64,000 bases of DNA, taken from a virus. The translations under genes and the position numbers were made by a program. Positions 35,302 through 44,957 of the stretch are shown in pieces; within the stretch, counting starts at the first letter, position 1, and each line of letters starts with the position of its first letter. The stretch is taken from IMG/VR virus record IMGVR_UViG_3300022699_000302, positions 96,001-160,000 of that record, one strand, 5' to 3'. The notes beneath the pieces are model-generated. The model was not told the DNA's origin and did no database searches. It saw nothing but the letters and a program-made list of their open reading frames with translations.

Positions 35302-37627
35302 CAAGAAAGTTAGCAAGGCTTTTGACGTCGGCGTTTACTCGGGGTACTTTCCTCGGGTCAATGCTGGTAACCCGTCTGAGATTGATCTGATTACTGGCTT
35401 GGACAGCGTTTCCGCTGCGATCCAGGAAGAAGGTGTTAGGATCGAAGAGGATGCTGATGTCTTGTCAGCAGTTACGATCTCCACCCCTCATCCCTCGTTG
35501 CCCCGCTATGACCTTGTTGTAGTTGAGTACCAGTACACCACAAACACTGCTGTTTCAGCGGTGTACAAAGTGATCCAAGGATCTGTGGCGCCGACCGCTT
35601 CAGATCCTATTCCTCTTCCCCAGGCCGGATCTTACCAGGTCCCGATCTGCTATGTCCTAGTAGACGCGGGACCTGGTCCGGTAGTCCTCGACCAAGAAGA
35701 CCTTCTTCCGGTTGTTCGAGGGCAAGATGTCGCCGCCGCTTCTGAAGTCGGATCTCTTAAGGCCCGTATCGATCCGACCGACACACGTCGGATCTACGTT
35801 CATGCTGGCCTGTTCTACGGCCAGGACGGTCAGACGATCGTCGATTTTAGGGGAGGATACTCCTCAGCTTCGGATCTTATCGATCCTGGCTTGGGCAGCA
35901 CAAACTACCAAGTTTTTGCGCTCAACGATGGTGGCGAAGTAGTCCATAGAGGGACCGCCTCAACTTTTGAGACGGTACCGAGTCTGGACAATGAATCGGT
36001 ACCGCTGGTGGTGGCTGAGGTACAGAATCCCGCCGGCACCCCTGAGATTAATCGTCTCCGTGATATTCGATCAGCTTTGGTCCGGCGTACAGTCGAGAAC
36101 GAGGAGATCGAAGAATATCGGGATATGCTGGACTCTACGACATTTACCGAGATGCTCGTGGAGCCCTTTACCGATGACGACAACATTGACTTCTCTACGT
36201 TGAGCGACGGTGGATTAGGTGCTGCTCTGGAAGTGTCGGTTGATACCTCAGACTCTTCTTTGACTTTTGAATTCGACGGCAGTGCTACAGCGGTCAGTGA
36301 CATCGAGATCGTTCTAGGGGACCTCTTAGCCGGTGCAGGTCTTAGCGCGATTGAAGATTTTTGTGTAGTGGCTCAGCATGATATCGGTGCGACAGTTCCG
36401 TCACTCCAATATGATCGAAGCTTTTCCAGCGCAGTAGCCGGGTTCACCGGTACCCCCCGGGATTTGGCCAACAACGCTACATCTACGGTAGAACAGACTG
36501 TCTCGACCCCGGCTAATTTCTTCCTGAAGTTGATCATCCCGGCGTCATTCTTCGTCGCGGGTCCGGCTCAGACCTACAAGATTAGCTCGGTCGGAGTTCT
36601 CACCAATACCGATCCGGAGACCGCGCGTCTGGACTCCGTTCTTGACGACGCCAATGAAGCATTCCAGCAGTCCTTGCGTAACGCTATCGGAAACCCGTTT
36701 CAGTTCTGGACCCATCCCAACGACACTGAATTCGCGGAGATGACGGATAACGACATCTTCTCGGACACGATTAGTACAGCCTCGGACGACATTACGAACT
36801 TTGTTAAACAGTTCGGACCTGACGGATGGATCACTCCCTGGACTTCTGGCATTTCGGTTACTCCGGTTGTTCGTAGGGTGCCGGCGGGATCGATCTCCCC
36901 AAGTGATATTGCCTCTTTCGACTTAGAGGTGGACCTTCCTCAATCTATTGGTTCTTCCGAAGACGCCCCTCTGGAATATCGAATTCCGTTCCACGAAATC
37001 GAGCGGGGAAAAGACTACTCGTTCGCCGTAGATGTCGACTCTAGTCTGCCCGATCAACTCGGCGTGCAGATCATTTTCTACAAGAAAACGTTTTCCGGCG
37101 CGGGGATCCTGGCTGTAGAGAATCAGACTGCCGCAGTGTTCAACACAACAGCGTCCCAGAGAATCCTTGTTTCAACTTCCGGGTCATTCCAGACTTCGGC
37201 CGAGACGTATGCTATTGGATTTCGGTTGGTCTTCCGTTCCTCGACTTCAGCGAATACTACGGTTCTGGCCGGAAGCCCCATGGCAACATCCGGAGGATTC
37301 ACCTCATCCTTGCCGTTTGTTCAGCCCGAGAACCCGCTGCTCAAGTCTCAAAGGTATACGTATTTGTCCCACATCCGTTACCTCGGATACGCGACGGAAG
37401 GGACTCGGGTCGGGACAAGAGTGCCGCATCCCACGATGTATTCGATGCTGGGCACTCTCCGCGCCAGTCTGGTCCAGACACCGAACGCACAGAACTCGTC
37501 AAATGTCGGAAATATCTCGGTATCAGCAGACGAGAACGAAGTGGAAATCTCTGGGGACGTTTCGAACTCCGGGCCGTTTGTCATCGATGCTTTGGTCCTG
37601 AACGAAGTACTTTACGAGAGAGTGTAA
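35246..37627 (+). CDS. large tail fibre / baseplate-attached protein
   Basis: 793 aa; PHPSLPRYDLVVVEY...VIQG...P...QVPICYVLV pattern common to fibre N-termini. Confidence 0.65.
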   Translation: MTQTRIFQFHAPETARRHNKKVSKAFDVGVYSGYFPRVNAGNPSEIDLITGLDSVSAAIQEEGVRIEEDADVLSAVTISTPHPSLPRYDLVVVEYQYTTNTAVSAVYKVIQGSVAPTASDPIPLPQAGSYQVPICYVLVDAGPGPVVLDQEDLLPVVRGQDVAAASEVGSLKARIDPTDTRRIYVHAGLFYGQDGQTIVDFRGGYSSASDLIDPGLGSTNYQVFALNDGGEVVHRGTASTFETVPSLDNESVPLVVAEVQNPAGTPEINRLRDIRSALVRRTVENEEIEEYRDMLDSTTFTEMLVEPFTDDDNIDFSTLSDGGLGAALEVSVDTSDSSLTFEFDGSATAVSDIEIVLGDLLAGAGLSAIEDFCVVAQHDIGATVPSLQYDRSFSSAVAGFTGTPRDLANNATSTVEQTVSTPANFFLKLIIPASFFVAGPAQTYKISSVGVLTNTDPETARLDSVLDDANEAFQQSLRNAIGNPFQFWTHPNDTEFAEMTDNDIFSDTISTASDDITNFVKQFGPDGWITPWTSGISVTPVVRRVPAGSISPSDIASFDLEVDLPQSIGSSEDAPLEYRIPFHEIERGKDYSFAVDVDSSLPDQLGVQIIFYKKTFSGAGILAVENQTAAVFNTTASQRILVSTSGSFQTSAETYAIGFRLVFRSSTSANTTVLAGSPMATSGGFTSSLPFVQPENPLLKSQRYTYLSHIRYLGYATEGTRVGTRVPHPTMYSMLGTLRASLVQTPNAQNSSNVGNISVSADENEVEISGDVSNSGPFVIDALVLNEVLYERV

Positions 37628-37628
37628 T

Positions 37629-38213
37629 ATGCCGTTTGTTGAAGAAATCCCAGGATCCTCGCAAAGAGCCTTTCGTAAAGACAAGGTTCCTCAGGAGAAG
37701 TTCAGGTTCGTCACCGCTACTTCGGGCCAACGGTTCACTGCCGAGTTCGGTACATCCGGCAGTACCGCCATCAACGCCGGTATTGGTACGATCACCCTTC
37801 CGTTCGAGTACTTTGTTGGACAGAAGCAGGTTCAGGTGTTCCTGATCACTCCCGGTACTGCGACCCGAACTCCGTTGATCAATGAGACCGATTATCTGCA
37901 GGCCATCGCCGATGGTGATGTTGCGACAGGCTTGGGTGGTTCTGGGTATGTCTTCAGAGAAATTACCAAAAATACTGTGGAGGTCGAGAACCTCGCTGGT
38001 GCCATCACTACCGAGATCTTCGAGGTCTTTGTGCCTCATACTTCAGTTCCCGGAGCTAATGAGAACCGTGTAGTGGTCAACGATCAGCCCGACGATATCG
38101 CGATTCAGCTGAAGGGCAACGGGGACGGTTTTGAGATGGTGGCTCCTGGCGGAATTGTCTACATCGTCTCAATCGGTGATGGCGGTGTGCTCAACGTAAG
38201 GCAGAAGCTCTAA
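37629..38213 (+). CDS. tail structural protein
   Basis: 194 aa beta-rich, coupled in the operon. Confidence 0.6.
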   Translation: MPFVEEIPGSSQRAFRKDKVPQEKFRFVTATSGQRFTAEFGTSGSTAINAGIGTITLPFEYFVGQKQVQVFLITPGTATRTPLINETDYLQAIADGDVATGLGGSGYVFREITKNTVEVENLAGAITTEIFEVFVPHTSVPGANENRVVVNDQPDDIAIQLKGNGDGFEMVAPGGIVYIVSIGDGGVLNVRQKL

Positions 38214-39394
38214 TGACCCAGACTCTGGACGGAAATTCCATCCCGAACCTCTTGATCAACGGAGGTTTTGAAGAAGAGACCCCAGACGGGCTCGACCCGG
38301 TTTGTTGGTCGATTCGGGACGCGAGGGCTACGTCCTCGATCACGCTAGCTGCTGAGGATAGCTGCCCCAATAATGTGTCCATGATCTCTAGTGGTGATTC
38401 CCAGGGTAATTTCTGGACGCGAGTGACCCAACCACAGCGCTACCCCGGCCTGCGTAATTTCATGAGGGTTGCCGTCAATAAAACCTCGACACCTGTTGAG
38501 ATGTTTTATGACCTGTTTTTGACACGGTTGGCTTCGACTATTGCTCGAGACACCTCGCCGCTTCCCGAGAATTACGACTACACCACGGCCACGACGACTG
38601 CTTTCTTCAATCAATATCGAGGACTTCCTGGGCGAACCGGTAATATCAATAACGCGGGTCCCGACCTTCTCGGCAAAGTCGTAACGATCGCTTTCTCGTA
38701 TTTCGTTGAAGAGGGTTCTGGCCAGATCGAGCTATTTCATGAGTTTGCCGATGAGTCTCTGGGTAACATCGAAGAATTCGGTCCTGACCCTACTGCCGCC
38801 ACCACTGGTAAAGTCGTGGTGAACAACGCGATTAAGTCTAATGCCTGGAAAAGGGTTGGTCAGGTTTTCCAAATCCCGTCGGCCCGAGCTGTCCATACAT
38901 TTCCCTCTGGTCCTTCTGTCTCACAAGAAGACACACTGAGAGGCTTGAATCTGCGGCTGACGCGAACTTCGGAATCTGATGCATTCATCGTATACATTAC
39001 AGCTGTAGCGATGGTCCACGGGGACTATGGGCTGCCTGACGGTGTGCCTTACAACGGCGATCTGTCCTATATCTTGGACCCCCGTAATATCGTCCGTCCT
39101 AGCTTTGGAGAAACACCCCCACCGGGGTTCCGGCCGTTTACTGATCTAGTAGGATCAGATGTCTTATTGCGGTTCCCTTCTGGAATCACAACGGATCCGA
39201 CGCCCCTGCAGCTTGATGGTGAAGAGACTCACATACACGAGCTCTCGGGAAGAGGCGGAGTATCGAGTAAGAAGAGAGCCGGCGGAAGCGGAGATGCTGG
39301 AGCCAGAACGAGAGAGCACGTAGACGAGCACGAAGTTTCTGAGGCACTGAATGCGCCGACTTCACGATCAGCGTATCTAACGATCAAACTGTAG
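38213..39394 (+). CDS. tail fibre paralog C1 (NGxF N-domain, collar and HxH tip)
   Basis: NLLINGGF; GETPPPGF; HIH...HVDEH; ends TIKL. Confidence 0.7.
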   Translation: MTQTLDGNSIPNLLINGGFEEETPDGLDPVCWSIRDARATSSITLAAEDSCPNNVSMISSGDSQGNFWTRVTQPQRYPGLRNFMRVAVNKTSTPVEMFYDLFLTRLASTIARDTSPLPENYDYTTATTTAFFNQYRGLPGRTGNINNAGPDLLGKVVTIAFSYFVEEGSGQIELFHEFADESLGNIEEFGPDPTAATTGKVVVNNAIKSNAWKRVGQVFQIPSARAVHTFPSGPSVSQEDTLRGLNLRLTRTSESDAFIVYITAVAMVHGDYGLPDGVPYNGDLSYILDPRNIVRPSFGETPPPGFRPFTDLVGSDVLLRFPSGITTDPTPLQLDGEETHIHELSGRGGVSSKKRAGGSGDAGARTREHVDEHEVSEALNAPTSRSAYLTIKL

Positions 39395-39396
39395 AT

Positions 39397-41547
39397 ATGG
39401 GTGTAATTCCCGACATTGTCTCTCAGCTCAACCTGGTCCGGAACGGGGACTTCAGGCACTATGTCAATACGGACACTTCGCCCGCCCCAGGAGCCACGGT
39501 GTGGCCTCCTCTAATCGCGCATTGGGAACTGTCTTTATCGGCAACCCCGCTTGCATCTACGGTGACGGATCAGGTCGTTGTGGGAGAACAGGAGCCCAAG
39601 AGGTACCTGGAGCTGCAGACCGGAGAAATCTTATCTCAGCGAATCATCTCAACAGACGTATTCCAGAGGCCGTCGGTACGGGAGAATGAGTGCTCTATTT
39701 CGAGTCTGGGCGTTGGTAACCAAATCACAGTGACAGCCACTGCTCCATTTTTCATCAATGATGAGCCGGCCCCCGCTCCCCTTTCTGCAATCTCGGTCTC
39801 CATGAATGTCGGCGATCTCGTCCAAGTCGCTAATTTCACTGATTCTGATGGATCGGGCACGTATCGGGTGGTCTCAGTGACTTCCGATACTGTGGCGATC
39901 CTCGAACCGGTTACTGTCCCTGACCCATCGGTCAATGCTGTTGGTCATGTCCTCAACGTGATCCGTACGCTCGATACCCACTTGATCGATCTGACCTTGG
40001 TCTACTCGATTCCGTCGGGCCAACCCGATACAGCTGTCACCCCCTCTATCGAGTTGATCCGTGAACTTCCCATGGCTGCTGACGCGGTCGGACCGATCAC
40101 AATCGCCGGCGGTAATACCTATGACTCTGTCATTAACCCTGGCGGCATCACCAAGCAAATGATTCATCGATTCGTTATCGAGCGTCCCCGGAAGCCTCGA
40201 TACATCAACCTCAAGTTGCGTGAAACAGGCTTGGGCAGCATCGATATCGGAGATGTGGGATTGTTCATCGGCAATTACCACATGCCGGTTACAACGACTT
40301 TTCCTGTGCCTTCCGGCACGGTTCAGGATGCAATGCCTGTTCCACCCGATCATTTGCATCTATTGACTGGTCGGGGGGACCTGATCCTCATGAGGGCGGG
40401 ATCCCAGGCGCCTGAAGGCTACAAGAAGCTCAAGGAAGAGATAGCCTTCCAGAACGCTGTAGTCACCATTACTTACGACGCTGTATCCGATCTTTCCGAG
40501 ATTACTGTTACGGACTGGCAAGTTCCTCCTGACCTTCTGTCGGGAACTTTCGAGATTGTATTCGAGGATAGTCCTGCGGCCCCTGGCAACCCCGGCCCCC
40601 TCGACATGTCGATTCGTATGTCGGACGTCGAGTTTTCCGATGGCCGAATTGGTGGGGCCGAGATCGACCTTGCCGGCTTAACTGCTGGTGAAACCGTTGA
40701 GATCGGATACCCGCCGTTCCCTAATACGGTGACTCTCACTGAAGGGATAGACTTCACCGATGCAGCGACCCTAGCAGCCGCGATCAATACGGATACGAAT
40801 CTGAGCCCTGTTATCGTAGCAACAGCCGTGGGCACAGTAGTAGAGATTAGAACTGTTACAGCTGGTTGGACTAATGCCCAGCTCGTTACAGAGGGTTATT
40901 CCGTGGCAGACACGGTTACCGGTGCTGACTGGGAAAAGATCGGCGGCGGTGCCTTATCTCCGGGGGGTCATCTCAACATCCCGACAGGTAACCCGACTTC
41001 AGCGTTGTTCAATGTCCGGGGAGACCACTCTCCTCGTTCCGGCTCATCGGCTCTAGTAGTAGCGACTGCCCCGCTTCTCTCTAACGCGTCTTCGCAGGCC
41101 GGCGACCTAGAAAAACCATCGAAGCGAGGTACTGATGCAGTGGCTCTCGCCGCTGATCAACTCGAGCTCGATACGGCAGGTGTGGAGCTCAATGATATCC
41201 TGACCTTCACAACGGAAGACGGGGACCCTTTAGCTCCCTCAGGTGGTCAGGGGCCGACATATCAGATCACATCTGTGAATATCGAGGAAAACGAGGTCGT
41301 AGTACAAGACATCACCGGGGGTTCTACTGATGTTACGGTGTATGCCACCACCGTGAACAACTATTATGTGATCGAAAAGTCATCAGCTAAGCACAGCCAC
41401 TACGGCAGCAAAGCTGACATTGATGAGCGAGAGCTAGACTCCGGTGGTGCGAATTCCAATACTGGTCGTGGTAACCACGGTCACGAATTCTACGCGGACG
41501 ACGCCATTCCGCCGTACCGTAAGTTCATCATCTGTGAGAAGTTGTAA
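39397..41547 (+). CDS. tail fibre paralog C2
   Basis: NLVRNGDF; GSQAPEGY; HSH...HGH; ends ICEKL. Confidence 0.7.
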   Translation: MGVIPDIVSQLNLVRNGDFRHYVNTDTSPAPGATVWPPLIAHWELSLSATPLASTVTDQVVVGEQEPKRYLELQTGEILSQRIISTDVFQRPSVRENECSISSLGVGNQITVTATAPFFINDEPAPAPLSAISVSMNVGDLVQVANFTDSDGSGTYRVVSVTSDTVAILEPVTVPDPSVNAVGHVLNVIRTLDTHLIDLTLVYSIPSGQPDTAVTPSIELIRELPMAADAVGPITIAGGNTYDSVINPGGITKQMIHRFVIERPRKPRYINLKLRETGLGSIDIGDVGLFIGNYHMPVTTTFPVPSGTVQDAMPVPPDHLHLLTGRGDLILMRAGSQAPEGYKKLKEEIAFQNAVVTITYDAVSDLSEITVTDWQVPPDLLSGTFEIVFEDSPAAPGNPGPLDMSIRMSDVEFSDGRIGGAEIDLAGLTAGETVEIGYPPFPNTVTLTEGIDFTDAATLAAAINTDTNLSPVIVATAVGTVVEIRTVTAGWTNAQLVTEGYSVADTVTGADWEKIGGGALSPGGHLNIPTGNPTSALFNVRGDHSPRSGSSALVVATAPLLSNASSQAGDLEKPSKRGTDAVALAADQLELDTAGVELNDILTFTTEDGDPLAPSGGQGPTYQITSVNIEENEVVVQDITGGSTDVTVYATTVNNYYVIEKSSAKHSHYGSKADIDERELDSGGANSNTGRGNHGHEFYADDAIPPYRKFIICEKL

Positions 41548-42563
41548 TGGCTCTGGGATCTTCAGCTGCGGGTGCGGGGCTCGGCCACGCGATCAACTGG
41601 CTGCGTAACGGCAGCCTGAACCGCATATTCCGGGGCGTCAGCTATACCACGTACGACGATGCACCAATTACCGATCAGCCTGCTAGTGATTACGCTTTCC
41701 AAGTCACAGATGACGGTGGTGCAGGGGTTTACGACCCCTTCCCCTCATTGACTCTCGACGTTGGTGGAGACGCACCAACCGAGTCTCTTATGGCGAACTG
41801 GAGCATTTCTGGTGCCCAGGGGCAATTTGTTACTGAACCTCGAGATCCCGTTTCAGGAGAACGAGTAACAGGATTTGCAGGTACTTCTCCAGTCCGGTTC
41901 ACTTTCCTTGAAACTGGAGAGGTTGTTCTCGAACAATCGATCGACCCTTTCTCTCATCTACTAGATCGAGCTGCAACTCTGTTCATGTTTTTGGGAAAAG
42001 ATGCGGGGTCGGTAAACGCTAAGCTACAGATCGATTACGGCACTCGAGTCGATGAGTCAATCAATGTCCCCAGCTCTGCGTACGGAGCCGGCGGGAATCT
42101 CCGACTCAATGTCACACCACCTTACGATGCAACTCAGTTTGTTGTGAAAGTCACCTTGAGCGGGAATTCGAACAACTCGTTGTATCTCGGTCAGATGGGC
42201 CTTTATCTCGGTAACTACAGCACAGTCCGCTTTGTCGACGATATTACAGAGCAGGGTCGACCTCGAGGTGAGTGTGCTTTCTATTGGGGGTATCCCGCAC
42301 CTCCCGGATATCGAACCATTTGTGAGGAAGACAATCTTCTCGTTTTCCATTCTACCGGAGATGCTCAAGTCGATGGTTTTGTCGAAGATCCCGTCGGAGG
42401 AGAGCGCGAACACAACCATGGTGGCCGCACTAAAGTGGCGGACTCGGCTGACAACCCTAAGAAGGACGGCAAATTCGTCTTAGCGAAGAACCACTACCAC
42501 TTTGTAGCACCTGCTGAGATGAATCCGCTCAACTTCAAGATCCTCATTGTCGAACGAATCTAG
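41547..42563 (+). CDS. tail fibre paralog C3
   Basis: NWLRNGSL; GYPAPPGY; HNH...HYH; ends IVERI. Confidence 0.7.
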   Translation: MALGSSAAGAGLGHAINWLRNGSLNRIFRGVSYTTYDDAPITDQPASDYAFQVTDDGGAGVYDPFPSLTLDVGGDAPTESLMANWSISGAQGQFVTEPRDPVSGERVTGFAGTSPVRFTFLETGEVVLEQSIDPFSHLLDRAATLFMFLGKDAGSVNAKLQIDYGTRVDESINVPSSAYGAGGNLRLNVTPPYDATQFVVKVTLSGNSNNSLYLGQMGLYLGNYSTVRFVDDITEQGRPRGECAFYWGYPAPPGYRTICEEDNLLVFHSTGDAQVDGFVEDPVGGEREHNHGGRTKVADSADNPKKDGKFVLAKNHYHFVAPAEMNPLNFKILIVERI

Positions 42564-42579
42564 CCTAAAAGAAAAGGAC

Positions 42580-42602
42580 TTGGTTGCATCGGATGAAACC
42601 AA
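42580..42602. repeat. 23-bp imperfect palindrome, copy C
   Basis: TTGGTTGCAT-CGG-ATGAAACCAA. Confidence 0.75.
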
Positions 42603-42604
42603 GT

Positions 42605-42633
42605 AAAAAAGGGGTGGGGCCCCGAAGGGCCCC
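42605..42633 (-). terminator. intrinsic terminator (TTCG loop)
   Basis: Minus strand GGGGCCC-TTCG-GGGCCCC-ACCCC-TTTTTT. Confidence 0.75.
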
Positions 42634-42728
42634 CGGTGCGGCAGCTATCGCTACCTGCTGCTCCTGATGATCGTTAGATCGGTCATCCCCCTTACGGAAT
42701 TGTCCCGCGAGATAATTTCCACTCATCT

Positions 42729-42737
42729 TCTTAGGCC
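42729..42737 (-). promoter_or_regulatory. GGCCTAAGA promoter-like motif, copy 7
   Basis: Heads a ~120-nt antisense unit inside the late region. Confidence 0.6.
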
Positions 42738-42776
42738 GCATCTATCGCCCATACTGGATGTACGGAGGATCAGCGG

Positions 42777-44093
42777 ATGGCGATGAAAGTTATAACTCGG
42801 TCCCTACCCCGAGCATATGTAGGTGAGCCCTACAGTGCTCGTCTTGATGTTGTGGACGGTGTCGAGCCATACACCTGGGCTCTGGACGGGGCGTCTGATC
42901 CCCTACCTACTGGACTGACGCTCAATGCCGATGGAACAATTACCGGCACGCCTACCGCCGCTCCCGATACCTATACCAACTTGATTTTCGAGGCTACGGA
43001 CGGAGTTCCCTCTACCGCAACGACCAACCCTCTCTCTATTGAAGTAGAGCCCGGTGTTTACAAGCGTGCCGGCGCTTACCTCATGGAGCCTAACGTCAAT
43101 GAAACGATTGATCGGGTTCAGGGCGACGGTGATCAGGTAAGTCGATTCGAGTTTATGCGCCATTTCCATCGCAGCCGCGATGTAGCTAGTGGTGAGCCTG
43201 ACTACTTGCAGGCTCTCCAGTTCCTTCACGACGGGAGTGACTTGCAAGCCACAGCACTCCCTTCAGGATTTACTGCCGGTCAGTCCATCAATGCAGCGTT
43301 GATCTACCTGGACGGCCTTATTACAACCATCGATCCGCCATTCACTGTCCTGCCTGATCCCAGTGGGGATACTACTGGAGCCACGGATGCTGCTGCACTT
43401 AACGCCGTTTGGGGAGACGCTTCCACTAAAGAGTGGTTAGTGATTCCTCCTAGTTGTGACGCCGCGAACCCCTACTACATCGACGCGGACATAACTAATG
43501 GAGGGATCAAAGGATTTATGCTGACTGCAGCTAACGTGAAGCAAGATTTTCATTTCCTCGACTCAATTTCTTCTCCGCATACCCCCGGTACTCCTCGGGA
43601 AATTCGGGAGATCAATCAGATGCATGGCGTGGGTATGGGATTAGGTGTTCGGCCCATGCCTTTCTCCACGATGATTGAAATCGTGAATTCAGTGGTGGAG
43701 ATTGAACAGTACGACCTTCTTCCCGGAGATATAGGATATATTCGAGAAAGCGAGATTCGCATTGCTGACGAGACGGCTCGCATCTCTTCGGCAGCATCGC
43801 AGGTTTCTCTGTTCGAAAACGATATCTTATTTACCGGGTCCGCCAATAACGCCCAGAATGCTCTGACGATGGGAGCAGTCGCTAATTCAACGGTGAGGAT
43901 CTCGAGTAATTGGATTAATGGGGACCTCGGAGGGTCCGCCACAATTTTTGATTTTTCCGCCGGTGTTGCAACAGCATTAGTGGCGGTAGGCCCTAATACA
44001 TTCAGGGATACGACAGGAACGGGTACTTACACCGCTGTCAATACGGCCGGATTTGCAGGCGGAACTGCTGTTAGCCCCCAGGCTACGATATAA
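42777..44093 (+). CDS. virion protein with N-terminal putative-Ig domain and beta-helix-like C-terminus
   Basis: ITRSLPRAYVGEPYSARL...PYTW...LPTGLTLNADGTITGTPT. Confidence 0.7.
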   Translation: MAMKVITRSLPRAYVGEPYSARLDVVDGVEPYTWALDGASDPLPTGLTLNADGTITGTPTAAPDTYTNLIFEATDGVPSTATTNPLSIEVEPGVYKRAGAYLMEPNVNETIDRVQGDGDQVSRFEFMRHFHRSRDVASGEPDYLQALQFLHDGSDLQATALPSGFTAGQSINAALIYLDGLITTIDPPFTVLPDPSGDTTGATDAAALNAVWGDASTKEWLVIPPSCDAANPYYIDADITNGGIKGFMLTAANVKQDFHFLDSISSPHTPGTPREIREINQMHGVGMGLGVRPMPFSTMIEIVNSVVEIEQYDLLPGDIGYIRESEIRIADETARISSAASQVSLFENDILFTGSANNAQNALTMGAVANSTVRISSNWINGDLGGSATIFDFSAGVATALVAVGPNTFRDTTGTGTYTAVNTAGFAGGTAVSPQATI

Positions 44094-44104
44094 GGGAGGC
44101 TATA

Positions 44105-44557
44105 ATGTTCTTGTTGGAAGCTATAGAGTCAGGGATCAGCACCGCCTGGCTATCTTTGATCCTGGGACCGTTCGGCGCTTTGGTGCTGTCTCTCTGGGTC
44201 GGATACGAACGTAAGAAGGAGATCAAACGCCTCCAGGATTTGTTAGGGGAAAGAGCTAAGACGCACGAAGAGTTTATGCTTTCTGTGATCGCAGAGAAAA
44301 GCGAATTGCTTGAGAAGCAGCTGAGGGCTGCCGAGAAAACTAGAGAAGCACTTGCCAGTTTTGCTCGTACGCTCGAGGCTCTCTCGCAGCACATGGAGAA
44401 ATCCAATGGGATTATGGCACAAGCTCATGGCGATCTTGACACGCTCAAGCTCCAATGGGCTCGTTTTGAAGGACGAGAAGAAGGGAAGCGAGGAAACACT
44501 GGACCCGGAGAACCGGGAACAGGAGACCAAAACGAGGAGAAAGGTCCTGGAGGATAA
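44105..44557 (+). CDS. membrane-anchored coiled-coil protein (holin- or spanin-like)
   Basis: N-terminal TM then long coiled coil; GGGAGG RBS. Confidence 0.55.
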   Translation: MFLLEAIESGISTAWLSLILGPFGALVLSLWVGYERKKEIKRLQDLLGERAKTHEEFMLSVIAEKSELLEKQLRAAEKTREALASFARTLEALSQHMEKSNGIMAQAHGDLDTLKLQWARFEGREEGKRGNTGPGEPGTGDQNEEKGPGG

Positions 44558-44693
44558 AGCCGCCGTTTGTCAGGCCGCTCTTACCGTGGAGCAAGCCAAG
44601 CTGGATGAGGAATTTTCTCGTGTCAGTCGACTGAGCGAAGAGATTGCTCGTTCTGCGTCTAAGAAGGTTTCTTAATGCACATCAGGTATTCCA

Positions 44694-44957
44694 ATGAGTT
44701 CACGGCCTCGTCGGCACATCATCCGCCGAATCAAGCGGTTATGGAGGATTTTCAAAGGACGCTGTCCTTACTGTGGTAAGGCTCTGAAGTGGCAACACCA
44801 CGACTTCAGGACTCATACCAAGATCTGTCCTGACCTACACTATGGTGTTCAAAATCTAGGAGACGGTCGGGTTATGATCCACGATAGAGAAGGCGATCCG
44901 ATCGAGCTATTATTTGACCGCAACTTCCGACTTCTGAAGAACGAAGAGAAAGACTAG
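44694..44957 (+). CDS. small zinc-binding protein
   Basis: CPYC...H...CPxxH. Confidence 0.6.
   Translation: MSSRPRRHIIRRIKRLWRIFKGRCPYCGKALKWQHHDFRTHTKICPDLHYGVQNLGDGRVMIHDREGDPIELLFDRNFRLLKNEEKD

Noticed and set aside
38213-42563. Diversity-generating retroelement acting on fibre tips
   Set aside because: No reverse transcriptase and no near-identical template/variable repeat pair; the paralogs differ at all base types.
44352-44675. Overlapping ORF as a programmed-frameshift or embedded spanin partner of 44105
   Set aside because: No slippery heptamer or lipobox and no clear start; the 3' part may be a small gene but I cannot define it.
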